A DNA stretch of 64,000 nt from Octopus vulgaris. Its lineage: Eukaryota. Shown one piece after another: positions 27,576 to 43,259 of this stretch. The number at the start of each line of letters is the position of its first letter. The stretch's first letter is position 1. Below the pieces are notes generated by a model. It ran no database searches. It was not told the origin of the DNA and saw only the letters and a list, made by a program, of their open reading frames with translations. Both the position numbers and the translations under genes were made by a program. Location of the stretch: assembly GCA_951406725.2 (NCBI GenBank), contig OX597835.1:30256001-30320000 (forward strand), written 5' to 3'.

Positions 27576-27714
27576 TAGAGATCTGAGTTTGTTAGATGTA
27601 GTAGGTTGTTCTCGAGAAAATATCCCTGTTGATCGTTCACACACCCCAAGACATTTCATTATAATAAAATGATGATGATGATGATGATGATGATGATAAT
27701 AATAATAATAATAT

Positions 27715-28330
27715 TTTTTTATTGCCCACAGGGGGCAAAACACAGAGGGGACAAACAAGGACAGACAAACGGATTAACTCGGTTACATCGACCCCAGTGC
27801 ATAACTGGTACTTAATTTATCGACCCCGAAAGGATGAAAGGCAAAGTCGACCTCGGCGGAATTTGAACTCAGAATGTAACGGCAGACGAAATACAGCTAA
27901 GCATTTCGCCCGATGTGCTAACGTTTCTGCCTGCTCAATAATGATAATAATAACCTTTCTACTATAGGCACAAGGCCTGTGATTTGGGAGAAGAGGATAA
28001 TTGATTAGATCGACCCTAGTGTTTCACTGGTACTTCCTTTATCGACCCCGAAAGGATAAAAGGCACAGTCGAGCTCGGCGGAATTTGAACTCAGTACGTA
28101 AAGACAGACGAAATACCTATTTTTTTACTGCCCACAAGGAGCTAAACACAGGAATTCAAAAAAAACCTGAATTTAAAAAAAATATCCTGCCCCCGAACTA
28201 GTTCTTATATCATCGACTCCGAAATGATGAAAGGCGATGTCGACCTCGGCAGAATTTGAGATGAGAACGTAAAGCCATGAAAAATACCGCTGAACATATT
28301 TTCCGATGCGCTAACGGTTCTGTCAGCTCT
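27715..28330 (-). mobile_element. Cluster of three SINE family C copies
   Basis: ATCGACCCCGAAAGGATGAAAGGCAAAGTCGACCTCGGCGGAATTTGAACTC body appears three times; GAAATAC|CTATTT junction at ~28110. Confidence 0.85.
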
Positions 28331-28344
28331 CCACCCTAGCAATT

Positions 28345-29600
28345 ATAGCAACAACAACAACAACAACAACAACAACAGAAGAATGACTATTACAATGATG
28401 ATGACGATGAAGTTTATGGCAATATTCTTCTTCTTCTTCTTCTACTTTCCCTTCTTCTTCTCCCCTGCCCCTCTTCCTCCCCTTCCTCCCCTCTTCTTCT
28501 TCTTCTCCTTCCCCTTCTTCCCTTTCTTCTCTCCTACTCCTCTTCGTCCCCCTCAACCCCTCCTCCTTTCTCATCTAACTTCATCTTCTTCTTCTTCTTC
28601 TTCTTTTACCTCTTCTTCTTTTTCTTCTTCTTTTTCTTCCCCTTCTTCTTCTTTTTTCTTCTTCTTCTCCCCTCCCCTCTCTTCATCTTCTTCTTCTTCT
28701 TCTTGTTCTTCTTCTTCATCTTCTTTATCTGATTGTTGATATCGTCATTGTTGTTGTTATTGATGTCGTCGTTGTTGTTGCTGTTGCTATAGCCGAACCA
28801 GACGGTTCCATATTTGTTACCATTTCCACATTCTGGCATTCTCAGATCCAGCAAAACTGTCTGTTTATTTATTGTGACAAACATCTTGTTAGTTCCGAGT
28901 CTCAGAACGATAAGGAATGGCAGGGGTGGAATGAGGAGGAGGAGGAGGAGAAAGATGACAACGAATGCGTGGTAGGGTGGGTGATGGTGGTTGTGGTGAG
29001 AGGAGTGTAATGAATGCTTGGAGAGGTGGCTGGGTTGACTTTGTGGCAAACTTGGGGGATGGGGTACACTTTGATGAGGATAATATAGGTGGTGATGGTA
29101 ATGGTGGTGGTGGTGGTGGTGGTTGAGGTGAGGGTGGTAGAAGTGGTGGTAGATTTCGGGATTGTGAAGGCGATGGTTGTGACGGTAGCGGACGTATGGA
29201 GCGCGAAGCGGCGGTGGTGTTGGCGTTGGAGGACCATGATGATCGTCATCATCTTTATCATCACCATTATCCTCATCATCGACGACGTCATCATCATCGC
29301 CGTGGTCTTCGTCATCGTCACCACCACCACCACCATCATCGTCATCCTCATCATCATCGTCATCGTCATCGTCGTCGTCGTCGTCGTCATCATCATCATC
29401 ATCATCATCATGTTCATCATGTGAATGAGATTGTGTGCGAAGGCGCATATAAATGTAATAGAATGTGGCCCTAAAAACCGCCATCACAAACACCACCACC
29501 TCCCATACCAACACCGCCACCATCATCACAACCAACACCACCGCGGCCCCACCACAACCACCAGCGCCACCGTCGCCACCACCACCATTACCACTAACAC
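28345..29600. repeat. Degenerate trinucleotide low-complexity block (TTC, GTT, GGT, ATC, ACC)
   Basis: Directly visible mosaic of trinucleotide repeats with short unique spacers. Confidence 0.8.
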
Positions 29601-30370
29601 TAAAATTATAGTCGTATACATATATACATACATACATATACACACACATTGGATTCGAATTTTGGCACAGGGCCAGCACTTTCGGAGGTGGAGTAAGTGG
29701 TTTACATCGCCCCCCCCCCCACTACGCAACTGGTACTTATTTTATCGATCACGTGGGGATGTAAGGCAAAGTCGATTCCAGCAGGTTTTGAACTCAAAGG
29801 AAATGCCACTAAAACACGGACGAAATGTCGCTAAGCGTTTTGCCAGAATATTTTCTATGCTGTTAGCTCGCCGCCTCTCACGAACACACACACACACACA
29901 CACACATGCACACACACACACTCACATACACACACACACATACCTATGTAGCACGTATGTACAAAGCATTAAACATGACGGAATAAAAGTAAGTAATTTA
30001 GAGCAAGTTGCTCTTGTGAAAAATTCCCTTCGTGGCTAACATGTCCAGAATGGTTTGAGAAAAGAATAGACATGATGACAGTAAAACGGTCTTGTAAATC
30101 ACTGAAGATATGCAGGTCTTTGATACGGTTATATGGCAGCAAGTTCACATAGAACTGCATGTGTTTTTTGTTTGGTTGAGTGTGTTTCTTCGTGAGTGTA
30201 TTTTAAGAGCTTACATAAAGAAGTGTTAACTTGATATAAATCAGTGTGTGATAAATTAGGACCCCGTTGCCAGAAAAGGAATGTATATGGGTGTGTGTGT
30301 GTATGTGTCCGTAGATGTGTGTTTGTGTCTGTATAAATATGTATGTACGTATATACATATGTATATATAC

Positions 30371-30412
<42 letters not shown>

Positions 30413-30520
30413 ATATATATATATACTCATATATATACATATATATATATACACACACAAATATATATATACATATATATATGTATGTATGTATATATGT
30501 GTTTATATATTTGTAGATAT

Positions 30521-30593
<73 letters not shown>

Positions 30594-30604
30594 TATACAT
30601 ATAT

Positions 30605-30780
30605 AGTGAGAATTTACAAAAAAAGAACAAAAGACGAAGACGGGTGTGTAAGCAACAAATAGATGTATTAGTTTAACGCTCGGGAAGTGAGAAAGTCTTT
30701 TATGTTTCGAGCCTATGCTCTTCGACAGAAAGGAAACACAGAAATAAAATAGAAAAACAGTTTTAGTGGCTAGTGATCAG
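30605..30780 (-). mobile_element. (TA)n-adjacent hammerhead-like element copy (motif 30697-30732)
   Basis: Minus strand cttt-CTGTCGA-aGAGC atag GCTC-GAAAC ATA-aaag; flanks are homologous to the 20568 and 38845 copies. Confidence 0.65.
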
Positions 30781-30854
30781 TGAAAGAGGCAGAGAGAAAC
30801 TAAAATCGTGAATATTCATGCCGTCTTTGTATTTGCAGTTGTTTTTTTTTTGTA

Positions 30855-31682
30855 TATGTGGTGTGGTCAATAAGTATCCGGACTGTTGCCATAGTAATGA
30901 TTCTAAAGTATGCAGAGTAAAGCCACTTGGCGCAGAGTGACCTTGAACTCCGCTGTGCATGCGCACTAGGTTTTCACCGTTTAGTTCACTTCCGCTGTTT
31001 AGAGTAGTGCTTCGAAGGAACGTGTGTAGCGTGTAATCGGCACAATGGCTATGAAGATAAAGTTAAACAGAGGATCTACATCAAATTTTGCCGAAAGGTT
31101 GGCGGCACCTGCTCAGAGGCCAACGCAAAGTATTCAAACAGGTCTCATCGTTCTCGACACAATCAAGGAAACCTTGTGCAACTGAAACCCCAGTGTATTT
31201 TGGTCAGCTGAAAGCAATTTTTGCACAAACTTGGCACACACGCGTCTCATACACAAATCTTCAGTGATAATTTGCTGAACTGAACCGTAGCTAATTTGCA
31301 CATCCTCTTGTAACTAACGGATGGTGATTCGACGATTTCCCCTCACAGCCGCTCGCGCATCTCTGATGTTTTTCTCATTTCTGTTGGTTGCAGTTCTCCT
31401 AGAATGTTCCTCAATATCGACATATTTTCGGCCATCTTGGATATGTCTGCACCACTCGTACATTTTTTGCGTCTCATAAACCCCTCTCCGTGCAGTTTCT
31501 GCAAATTTATGTCAGCCTCTGAGCATGTATCACCAGGACAACTTTCTCTGTCATGGTCCATGCGGCAATCATATGCTACACAAGTTCTTTCCAAGTTCTG
31601 CTAATAGAGCTTTAAAATTTAGTGCCCATGCACAGCAGTGTTCAATGTCAATCTGTACTAAAAAGCTTGGCTCTGCCTGTTT
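30855..31682. mobile_element. Mariner relic made of two convergent 5' halves
   Basis: A TIR-like TA-TGTGGTGTGGTCAATAAGTATCCGGACT starts at 30855. The plus strand encodes QRIYIKFCRKVGGTCSEA (31068-). The minus strand 31535-31132 encodes GDTCSEA..YEW..DGR..NRRITIR..ISYGSVQQIITEDLCMRRVCAKFVQKLL (HTH region plus a WVPHEL-like motif). Confidence 0.85.
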
Positions 31683-32223
31683 TAGATTCCCACGCAGTGG
31701 GATTGAACGCAAGAACACATGCTTAGAAAGCATACTTTTCAATCACACAGCCACGCCTGTGTATGATGTGCTCAATTCATATGAAACCATTATTTCTTAA
31801 GACAGTCTTACAATAATTTGCTACACAATCGTGCATAAATTATATATACATGTTTAATAAGACAAATTAAAGATTTAGTTACAAGTCTATAAACATATAT
31901 CTCAACATACATATATATATACCTATATTTCTCTTTATATATATATATATATACGAATATTTATATAGTTATTTATATATACACACCAATATATATATAA
32001 ATATGCATATTTATATGTATATATAATATATATGAGTGTATATGTGAAGGAATCATCACAATATAAATAGCTGCTAATCTCTATCCTTATTTCTTTCTCT
32101 CTTCGTTTTCACTCTCTACTCCACCTCATCACCGTTGCCCTTTACGTCTCTTTCCCCTTCGTACCCCCCCCACACACAAACACAATCTCTCCTCTACACT
32201 CTCTTATCCTCTTTGTCTCACTG

Positions 32224-32267
<44 letters not shown>

Positions 32268-33084
32268 ACTATATATCTATCCATATGTGTGTGTGTGTGT
32301 ATAGAATATATATGTATGTACGTATGTATATATATATATATATGTATACATTATACATATACATACATACTAAATATATAAATGCATATATATATATATA
32401 CATATATTTATACATTCATACAAACCTACATACACGTATATATGTATACATACATACATATATATATATACCTACCTATCTATCTATCTACCTACCTATC
32501 TATCTATCTATCTATCTAACTATCTCTCTCTCTCTCTATCTATCTAACTATCTATGTGAGTGTATAGAATATATGTGTAGAGAAGCTAACTATTTTTCTA
32601 TCTCTCTATCTATATCTGTCTCTGTATATACCTAATATATATATATGCATGTATGCATATATGTATATATCTATTTATGCATACATGTATGTATTCATCT
32701 ACATATAAGCGTCGTTGCTACAAGTAATACATACAGTCACACGTATATATATATATATATATGTATTTATCTATATGTGTCTGTATGCGAACATACAAAT
32801 TCTTGTACGTGCAATTCTGTACAGGAATTCTTCTTAAAATGGCCAATATTAAGTCATGTGTTCTGTGTCTGTAAGTTAATTCTGAATCTCTAATCCTTCC
32901 TGCCACAATGATGCTAATCCGTATTAATAATCTGGTTTTATTTATCTACAGAGAAATAAATTGGATAACGAGTTACTATAATGGATCACCTAGAATAGAT
33001 TAAGACACACTTCTTACACTACCGTACACTCATTCTCCCTCTCTTTCTCTCCCTCTTCTTGTCTGTATCTCCTACGCTCTCTTT

Positions 33085-33117
<33 letters not shown>

Positions 33118-33237
33118 TGCATGTGTGTGTAGGTATATGTGATCTATAATGCTAATGGCTCTTATATTTATGAGCATTCTATATTTATCTAAGTCGATAT
33201 GTGCGTGCCTAAGTGTGTATTTATATCTACGTGCCTT

Positions 33238-33284
<47 letters not shown>

Positions 33285-33493
33285 CTCTATCTATCTATCT
33301 ACCTATCTATCTATCTATCTATCTTTCTATCTATCTATCCATCATTTTATCCGTCGCTCTTTCTGTCTTTCCGTCTATCTTTATCTGTCCGTCGATCTGT
33401 CTGTCTGTCTGGCTATCTATCTATATATCTATGTATCTTTCTATCTGCCTGCCTTTCTGTCTGTCTCTCTGTCTCTGTCTCTCTGTCTCTGTC

Positions 33494-33528
<35 letters not shown>

Positions 33529-33623
33529 GCCTTTTTATCTGCTTATTAATCTATCTAGCTACTCATCTGTCTGTCTATATCTATGTAGTTATACTATATA
33601 TGAATATACATATATATATATAT

Positions 33624-33780
33624 GGGACAAGAACGCAAAACACTTAGAAGACGATACAAAAAACACGGATGGGACATTCGAAACCTTCAACCTTCAGCCA
33701 AGAACCGGATCATCCTCGCAATTTCGGCTGATTAATCTTGAGATTGATCTAATCTGGCCAGCCTCAAGGAAAAAACTCTG
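33624..33780 (-). mobile_element. (TA)n-adjacent short element, possible Penelope-like 3' end
   Basis: The minus strand has a GGCTG...CAGCC stem followed by GAAATTGC and ends GTTCTTGTCCC-(AT)n, loosely like the end of 47975-48106 (GTCCTGTACCC-(AT)n). There is no canonical CUGANGA. Confidence 0.35.
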
Positions 33781-34333
33781 TCATCATAAATCTACTTTCA
33801 TACGTCTCTGCCACTATATATTTCCCATTGAAATCGTCATTACATAACACATTATTATGTATTACATCATGGTAAGTTGTTTAATGCATAATAAATGAAT
33901 ATACATTTGGTATTATTGTATATGTCGAAACCCGTTGTGGTTCTTGTGGTTCTTCTTGCGGTTCTCTGTCGTTTAACGCTCATAAATACATTTATATACT
34001 TGCACACACACACACACACACACAAACATCCATCCATCCACACACACGCATATACTGATACATATCTACGTGCACTCGTGCATACACACGCATATTTATG
34101 TACGTACACATACATACACGCACACACAATCATATATTGGAAGCATATATATATATATATACATTGGAAGCAATATATACAGAGATCTGTGCTATGTTGT
34201 GGTTTTCTGATGGTCATTTCACGCCTATAAATTCATATATACTTTTAGAATCACGCACATACTTATAAATACATATACAAGCGTACGTACATACACTCAC
34301 ACGTATACATACATACATACATACATACATACA

Positions 34334-34369
<36 letters not shown>

Positions 34370-34611
34370 TATGTGTGTGTGTGTGTGTTTGTGCATGTAT
34401 GTGTGTGTATGTGTTTATATATATATGTTGGCCTGCTCCCTTAGCCAGCGGGGTGGCGTCATTTGAAGGCTAAAACAATGCGAAGCGCATTGTAACCAGC
34501 AATGTGTAGCAACATCTGAAAGTCTGGTGGTCAAGGTGATCACAGTGATATATATGTGTGTGTGTGTGTGTGCGTGTGGGTGGATTGGTGGGTGTGTTTG
34601 TGTGTGTGTTT

Positions 34612-34669
<58 letters not shown>

Positions 34670-35721
34670 CGAGAGAGGGAGAGAGAGAGAGACAGATAGT
34701 TATGTTTATACATATGCACATTCATACATGCATGCAGACTCACATTCATTCACATACATACGTACATACATATATACATTTACATACATACGTACATACA
34801 TATATACATACATCCATCCATACATACATACATACACGCACGCAACCATATATGAGGATAGAAAACAATGCATATACTGGTTACCCAATCGTTTTCTTCT
34901 AAAACCACCAATAAAAGCTTGATACACGCCAGAAGGTGGACAGTGTCTACGTAGATGGCTGTTAAAATATTTGTGGTGAGATCTGTTGTTAGAAGAGAAT
35001 TTAGAATTCTATTTGACAAGTGAATAACTATAAATTATAATTTATACAACAAAATAACCGCTTGTCAGTATCACTTATTGGTAGAAATTATAAAAGCAAG
35101 GTTTAAAATTGTATAAAACTAGAGTTGTGTTATTGTTAATATATTTAAGGTTGTGAGCATTAAAGATCCAGTTGTAAATAGATATGTGTTGAAGAAAATA
35201 TATAATTAGTACAATAAGTAAATATATTAATCGTATTGACAAGTAGGGGAAATAACTTTGAGTATGTTTGGGTTTTATTAGGCCTCGGTGTATTTATGGA
35301 AACCGTGGATGTGCAGTATTACGTATGGGGTCTCTCTAACGGTTCGAGTTATTACAAGGGAGTTAATCGTTTCGTCATATAACGAAGCGGGATGAGATAG
35401 ATAAAACGGAAATTAAGGAGACAGCTTTTGTCTTTTATTCGTTTCAGTCATTAGACTGCGGCCAAGCTGGGGCACTGACTGAAGGGGCTTTGTAGAACAG
35501 ATCAACTCTGTGCTTGTTTTCAAGTTTTTGATTCTCATTCTGTCAGTCTCTCGCTTGCCAAAATCTTTAGTTACGTAAAGAATAATTTACCGTTACTTTC
35601 CAAACAGAACTTGTCACACTCTCCCATCATATATCCAGCGGCGGTAGAGAAAAAGCACAAATGCATAAGCACACCCAAATGTACACACACACATAAATAC
35701 ATACATATATATATACATAGT

Positions 35722-35771
<50 letters not shown>

Positions 35772-35792
35772 TATATGTATATATATATATAA

Positions 35793-35846
35793 TGGCGGTG
35801 CCCCAGCATGGCCACAGCTTGTGAGCTGAAACTAAATAAAATAAAA
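35793..35846 (+). mobile_element. ~50 bp LINE/SINE 3'-tail-only insertion in (TA)n
   Basis: TGGCGGTGCCCCAGCATGGCCACAGCTTGTGAGCTGAAACTA(AATAA)n; near-identical copies at 45323-45375 and 60595-60658. Confidence 0.8.
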
Positions 35847-35933
35847 TGAAATATAAATCTATCTATATGCTTATATACATTTATATCAATCTATATATGC
35901 GTGTGTATCTATGTACATTTATATCTATCTATA

Positions 35934-36042
<109 letters not shown>

Positions 36043-36543
36043 GACGGGATTCTTTCAGTTTCTATCTACCATGTTCACTCACGAGGCTCTGGTCCACACG
36101 GATTTCTACTAAAATACACTTCCCATTTGAATTCATTTCTCATTCTTACGTTTTCCTGGTACGAAGTTCTTAAAATTTCCAGTCATTGGTGATCATGTAT
36201 ACCCTTATTTCATTCTTTTTAGAAACCATAAGGATGACACAAACGGCAACTTTGTTATTACACACTTTATAAAATAAGGAATTTCATTAAAGCTGTCATT
36301 ATTTGTATCTGATATTATTCTTCAAGTGTTCTTAAGTATTTTATAACACTAATGTATTATAAAACTGAAAATTTCCTAGAATACAGCAGCTACAAGCGGT
36401 TTGTATATCACAGATAAAACATCGTGGACCCAGTATAGTTTGCAAATAACTATGGTAGCATGTTAACTGTTAACTCCATGATAGTAGTTATTAATCTAGT
36501 AAGATACTTTTGTCGCCACCTTTCATTGTATATACATATATAT

Positions 36544-36612
<69 letters not shown>

Positions 36613-36863
36613 GCATAAATATGTTACAAAATGAAAATATAAAATACACGTGGAAATGTAAGGGTAAAATATGAAAAATCAACGAAAATGCACATTGCAA
36701 ATAGAAAAAGGCTATTTATGACAGGTAACGACAAATATATACATTTAGATTGACTGAGGTAGTAATAAAAGTCATAAAAGTCATTAATTATGAGATTTAT
36801 ATATGATGATAATAAAGTAAGAGAACAAAACGGACCATGGTTTACGCAAAGCTATTCATCGTT

Positions 36864-36917
<54 letters not shown>

Positions 36918-37889
36918 CATATATATATGTATATATAGATATCCACCAGTCTGTCTATCTGTAACTCTGACTCTATATGTGTGTGTGTGAGTGTGTGTGT
37001 GCGCGCGCAAGTGCGTGTGTGTGTCTGTGTGAGTGTATGTGTATGTATATATAGTATGTTGAAGGCGCCACTGTGTTCGTTGTTTAATCCCTTTTGATCA
37101 AAGTTGTTTCATATTTCCCACATAATCCTTTACCTTTATTTCGAAACAACGTTTGAAAGACCTCGGTCTGATCTTCCGAACGAAGGAGATATAGTAGCAT
37201 ATTCCTGCCTCACTTAATTTATTTATTTGTTCATTTATGTATTTATTTATTTATTTATTTATTTATTTATTCTACACTGCCAATCAATGAATATGATATC
37301 AATGCAATAACTGATAAATAGGGTTTTATCATTTACATCATTTCCAATAAATAGCTGTAAATCCACGCTAAAACCTTTGTATTCTTCGATATTTTCTACT
37401 TAAAAGAAAGAGTGGAGGTAGAAGACCTTGGAGTTTAGTCTCTTCCACATATTTTTGTGTGTGGATTTGTGTAAACGTGCTTGCACGTATTGATAATTAC
37501 ATGCGCGTCAGCATGCGCATAAATGTATTTGCATATTGGTACAAGCACGAGTGTGTAGAGGACTCAAGGTGTGTGACAGCAAGGGTGTATGTGGGTGCAT
37601 GTTTACCCTTGAACTTAGGTGCATTTAAGATTCGAACTGTGCGTGGGTGTGAGTCTACGGGTACCTAATGCGTATAAGTATATCTGCGTATGTTTGATGG
37701 TGCGGGAGTGTGTCTATACGGTGTCTCTGTGTGCTTGCGTGGGTGTGGGTGTGTTTTGTTTCAGATGTATGATCGGGGTTGTTAGCCGCCATTATAACGG
37801 AGTGTTGTACTTTTTAATCCGCGTTCAATCCCAGATAGAAAACGGCAGATTAACATTTTAAGATGGTAATCTGAGACAGCATTGTTAAT

Positions 37890-38400
<511 letters not shown>

Positions 38401-38844
38401 AATTACTGCACCAGCAGCACCAGCGCAGTATAATTTGGAGATTGAGATTCTACGCTAACTCTCAGGGAAAACAAAGAAATTCCTTATAATGCCATCGCTA
38501 CACTATTTGCACAAACTCCACCCGACCTAAATATATTGCGATTATTATTCTGTCTCCATGGAAACTTTAAATTACCATTTATATGATTCCTCATCCTCTC
38601 ACTTGCAATGTCATTGCTGTTTCATTCACACCTGTGGTGTGTCTTTTATCATTTATCTTTCTCTTTTTTTAGTCATTAGACTGCGGCCATGACAACCACT
38701 GTTGGGATGTTTACGTCACCGTAACTTAGCGGTTCGGCCAAAGAGAGCCAATAGAATAGGTTTAGAAAGAACAAGTCCCGGGGTCGATTTGCTTGACTAA
38801 AAGGTAGTACTCCAGGAAGCCCGCTGTCAAGTATACATATATAT

Positions 38845-39025
38845 AAGGTGAATTCACGAAAAAAAAACAAAAGACGAAGACAAGTGGTGTAGAAAACAAA
38901 CAGATGTATTAGTATAACGCTCAGGAATTGAAAAGGTATTTTACGTTTCGAGCCTACGCTCTTCTACAGAAAGATACACAGAAAAAACAAGGAGAGAAAG
39001 AAATGTGTGTAGTGGTTACCGATCT
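38845..39025 (-). mobile_element. (TA)n-adjacent hammerhead-like element copy (motif 38939-38973)
   Basis: Minus strand cttt-CTGTAGA-aGAGC gtag GCTC-GAAAC GTA-aaa; highly similar to 20568-20758. Confidence 0.65.
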
Positions 39026-39064
39026 ATGATACACACAAAAAACAAATATATATAAATATATATA

Positions 39065-39480
39065 TTCTTTACTCTTTACTATTTTACTTGTTTCAGTCAT
39101 TTGTCTCTGGCCATGCTGGAGCACCGCCTTTAGTCAAGCAAATCGACCCCAGGACTTATTCTTTGTAAGTCTAGTACTTATTCTATCGGTCTCTTTTGCC
39201 GAACCGCTAAGTCACGGGGACGTAAACACGCCAGCATCGGCTGTTAAGCGATGTTGGGGTGACAAACACAGACACACAAACACACACACAAACACATATA
39301 TATACATATACATATATACGAGGGCTTCTTTCAGTTTCCATCTACCAAATCCACTCACAAGGCACTGGTCGGCCCGAGGCTATAGTAGAAAACACTTGCC
39401 CAAGGTGCCACGCTGCGGGATTGAACCCGGAGCAATGTGATTCGTAAGCAAGCTACTTACCACACAGCTACTCCTGCGCC

Positions 39481-39482
<2 letters not shown>
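39065..39482 (-). mobile_element. Full-length SINE family B
   Basis: The minus strand starts TAGGCGCAGGAGTAGCTGTGTGGTAAGTAGCTTGC, has B-box CCGGGTTCAATCCC and ends GACTGAAACAAGTAAAA. Confidence 0.9.
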
Positions 39483-39530
<48 letters not shown>

Positions 39531-40056
39531 AATGAGAATCAAAGAACTGAAATAAATAAAATATGTTATTCATCTTCGTTCTCGATGAAATACAAATGAA
39601 AACCTCTGTCTTATATATTCACGGAGAAGCGCGTAATAAAAGGTAAAACTGTTGGTCAGGAGACTACACGTCAGTAACACAGAGCATTGAGAGAATGAGT
39701 TTGCATTATATTTCCGCCATATTGTACCTATGTCATATATATATATATATATATGTTTGAGCGTGTGTATGTGATGTGTGTATGTGTTTTAGTGTATGTG
39801 TGTGTTTCTGCTCGTGTGTGCGCACGCGTGCATGTGTATGTCGATATTTATGCATATATATATATACACATTTTTGTACACCACTTGGGCACATATATGT
39901 ATACATGTATGTATATATGCGCGCCGTTGTATGTATGTATGTGTGTATAAGTATGTATGAGTGGGTGTATATATGTATTTCACTTCCTGCACACACTTAG
40001 AGGCACTCACACAAGCATACATTTATGCCCGCAACCACACACATACACACATGCAC

Positions 40057-40109
<53 letters not shown>

Positions 40110-40226
40110 TATATAGATATATATACATCTATATATGTATATATATATACATACATATATATATATACATATATGTATATATATATGTATATATATATAT
40201 TTATATATGTATATATATATACATAC

Positions 40227-40357
<131 letters not shown>

Positions 40358-40732
40358 CATATATATATATGTATATATATATACGTAACACTTTGTTCTA
40401 CATCGCTAAGTGATAATCAAGACTACATTATAATAATTCCTGGCATTTTTACTGCTCGCTTTCTCCTCTCTTTCACCTTATTCGCTTCTTCACTACCTCC
40501 GGAAGTATGCGCTCTCCCACCACCTACAACGCCACCAAAATGATCCACACATTACCATCACCATTGCCAACAAATGTATCAGCATTGGAAATTCATATAC
40601 GCATAAGCGCACACATGTATACACCCTTGAAACACACACACACACACGCTCTCACTCTCTCTCTCTCTCATACGTATATGTATGTATATGCACCACTAAA
40701 ACACACACATGTACATATATTTCTATGTATGT

Positions 40733-40774
<42 letters not shown>

Positions 40775-40802
40775 GCAATATATACACACATACATACATA
40801 TG

Positions 40803-40833
<31 letters not shown>

Positions 40834-40896
40834 AGATATGTATATATACATAAGTGTATATACACATATATGATACATGATATATATATATATATG

Positions 40897-40969
<73 letters not shown>

Positions 40970-41102
40970 CATATACACATACACATATACTGCGGTTCTT
41001 GTCTCTGCCTGCCTGTGCAATCAATTGTTAAACTGGCCTATTTGTTTCATTTAAACATAAGGAGAAAAATATACATCCGTACATACATACACACACGCGC
41101 GT

Positions 41103-41151
<49 letters not shown>

Positions 41152-42559
41152 CGTACATGTATATAAATCTTCGTCATACACTCGCCCACACATGCGCGCA
41201 TGCATGTGTATGAGCTAAAGTCCGTACACTTCAACTGTATACACACATGTTCTCACACGCGTGGATACACCTGCGTACGAAGGTTACACTTCCATACATA
41301 TACTGATGCAGTATTGAAAACAATAAACAGACACATATTTCACACATACACATATATAGTTGTGCATATTTATATATACACATTCAGCTTCACATGATGG
41401 TACACCCATACGTTCACATACTCACACACGCACACATTCACACGCATATACATATATTAAGAAATAGATAGTTACGCACAGATACACGCATAGAAACTAC
41501 TGAACCGTGAGAATTCATGCAAACATTACATGCAACAAACCAGAGCAAAGATTTTAAATTAAGAAAGAACGAAAGAAAGAAAAGGATAAATAAATAAAAG
41601 AAAGAGAGGAAAGTAGGAAGAGAGGAAGGAAGGAGGGAAAGAAGGCAGAAAGCAAGGAATTAGAGAATAGAGGAATATTAAATATTAAAGACGTAACGGA
41701 ATGGTAATTTGTAAGTTAATATCAGATCTTCAGAAAAGATCACATGACAAGTGTCTCCGTGGAATTGAGAGCGACCATTTATCATTTGAATAACGTTTTA
41801 CGAAATTATGTTGACATATCGTACAATCTCAGATGTTGCGGTGGGGTATGGAGGTGTTCGGTGGTGGTTTAGGTGGGGTGTCGGGGGAGATTAGAGGAAG
41901 GGTAAAAACGGATAACGATGTTAATGTTATCTAACGTTATTAATAATCACTCTCCGTTGAGTGTAGTTGTCCACTCAAGTGTAAGTCGATTGTTTATTCG
42001 CCTGTTCAACCAGCCATGAATGTCGGTATTTTCTTCGCTGAAGTCAAGTGTGTAGTTATTTATTCTAGTGAAGTCGGCTTAGATTTCAGTAGGAGTTAGT
42101 AATAGTTACTATTTAGTATTTTAGGCCATAAGAGCCCTTATCTGCTGAATGGAATATGATATAGTCTGATCATTCCTTGAGTAGAGTGTGATATCTTCAA
42201 TATTATTATACTACAATATAAATTAGTATAGTACAATATAAATTTATACAAAGGAAAAATGCGTAAAACAAAATGCAATAATTTTAAAGTTGTTTGCGTA
42301 TGTAGTGTATATGTATTCGCCTGATGTGACTGATCCACTGATCGATATACAGAATTCTTTAATGATTAAAACACTTTTCTGGAGGAATTTTAAACCAGCT
42401 TGCAACTGCTTCAAAAGCTGTGTGCGTGCGCGTATATTTGTGTGTTGTATATTTGCATGTATGTGTATGTTCTACAAAATTATAGAGTAACCCATCAGAT
42501 TAATGTAAAATTATATTTATTATAACTGAACATGATAAAGACAAACATTAAAATCTATA

Positions 42560-42752
42560 TACGAGGGAGCGGTGGAAAGTTCATGGGTTTGAGTAAAAGA
42601 AAATACAGGAGGATCAATTAATTATGATTTTAATCAACATATTATTCTCTCAGATTCACACACTTATTGCAACGGTCCTTCAGTTTTTCTAAACCCTGAA
42701 AAAGAACATGGAAGATTGGGCCTTCAACCAGGCCTTTCACGATTCCCTTTCG
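42560..42752. mobile_element. Mariner-derived MITE, right end missing
   Basis: TA-CGAGGGAGCGGTGGAAAGTTCATGG left TIR; interior colinear with the 49413 and 50029 copies. Confidence 0.75.
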
Positions 42753-42793
42753 CAATATACATGTTTACATATACATGTATATATATGGATGTG

Positions 42794-42831
<38 letters not shown>

Positions 42832-43259
42832 CACACACACACATTTTTCGATAGTTGATTTATGGAAAAGATTATTTGAAATGCAAATATGTGAATGGAA
42901 CTTAAGTTTAATTTGTAGCCAAAATAGTACTGAACCTTTGGTAACCCATATGTCAAAATCTGTAACTCGGTTTTGGAAAGCATAAAGAATAGATTATATA
43001 TGGGACAATATGTCACATCACAATATACACGTAAGACCTGGTAGAAATGGCAGCCAAATCTCCCTCAAAACACTCTACTGTCTCAATCCGACAATTGTAC
43101 CTATTATATAGTTTGAATGAGAAACTGTAACTAAAGACTAAGAGTATTAACCACACAGAGAGAGGAAAGAAGGGAGACAGCATAGCGGCGGTTTTGGCTG
43201 ACTGTCATACTGTACTCACTTTGTTGCTAACGAAACGGTATGTGCCAGCTGTCTGAGCA

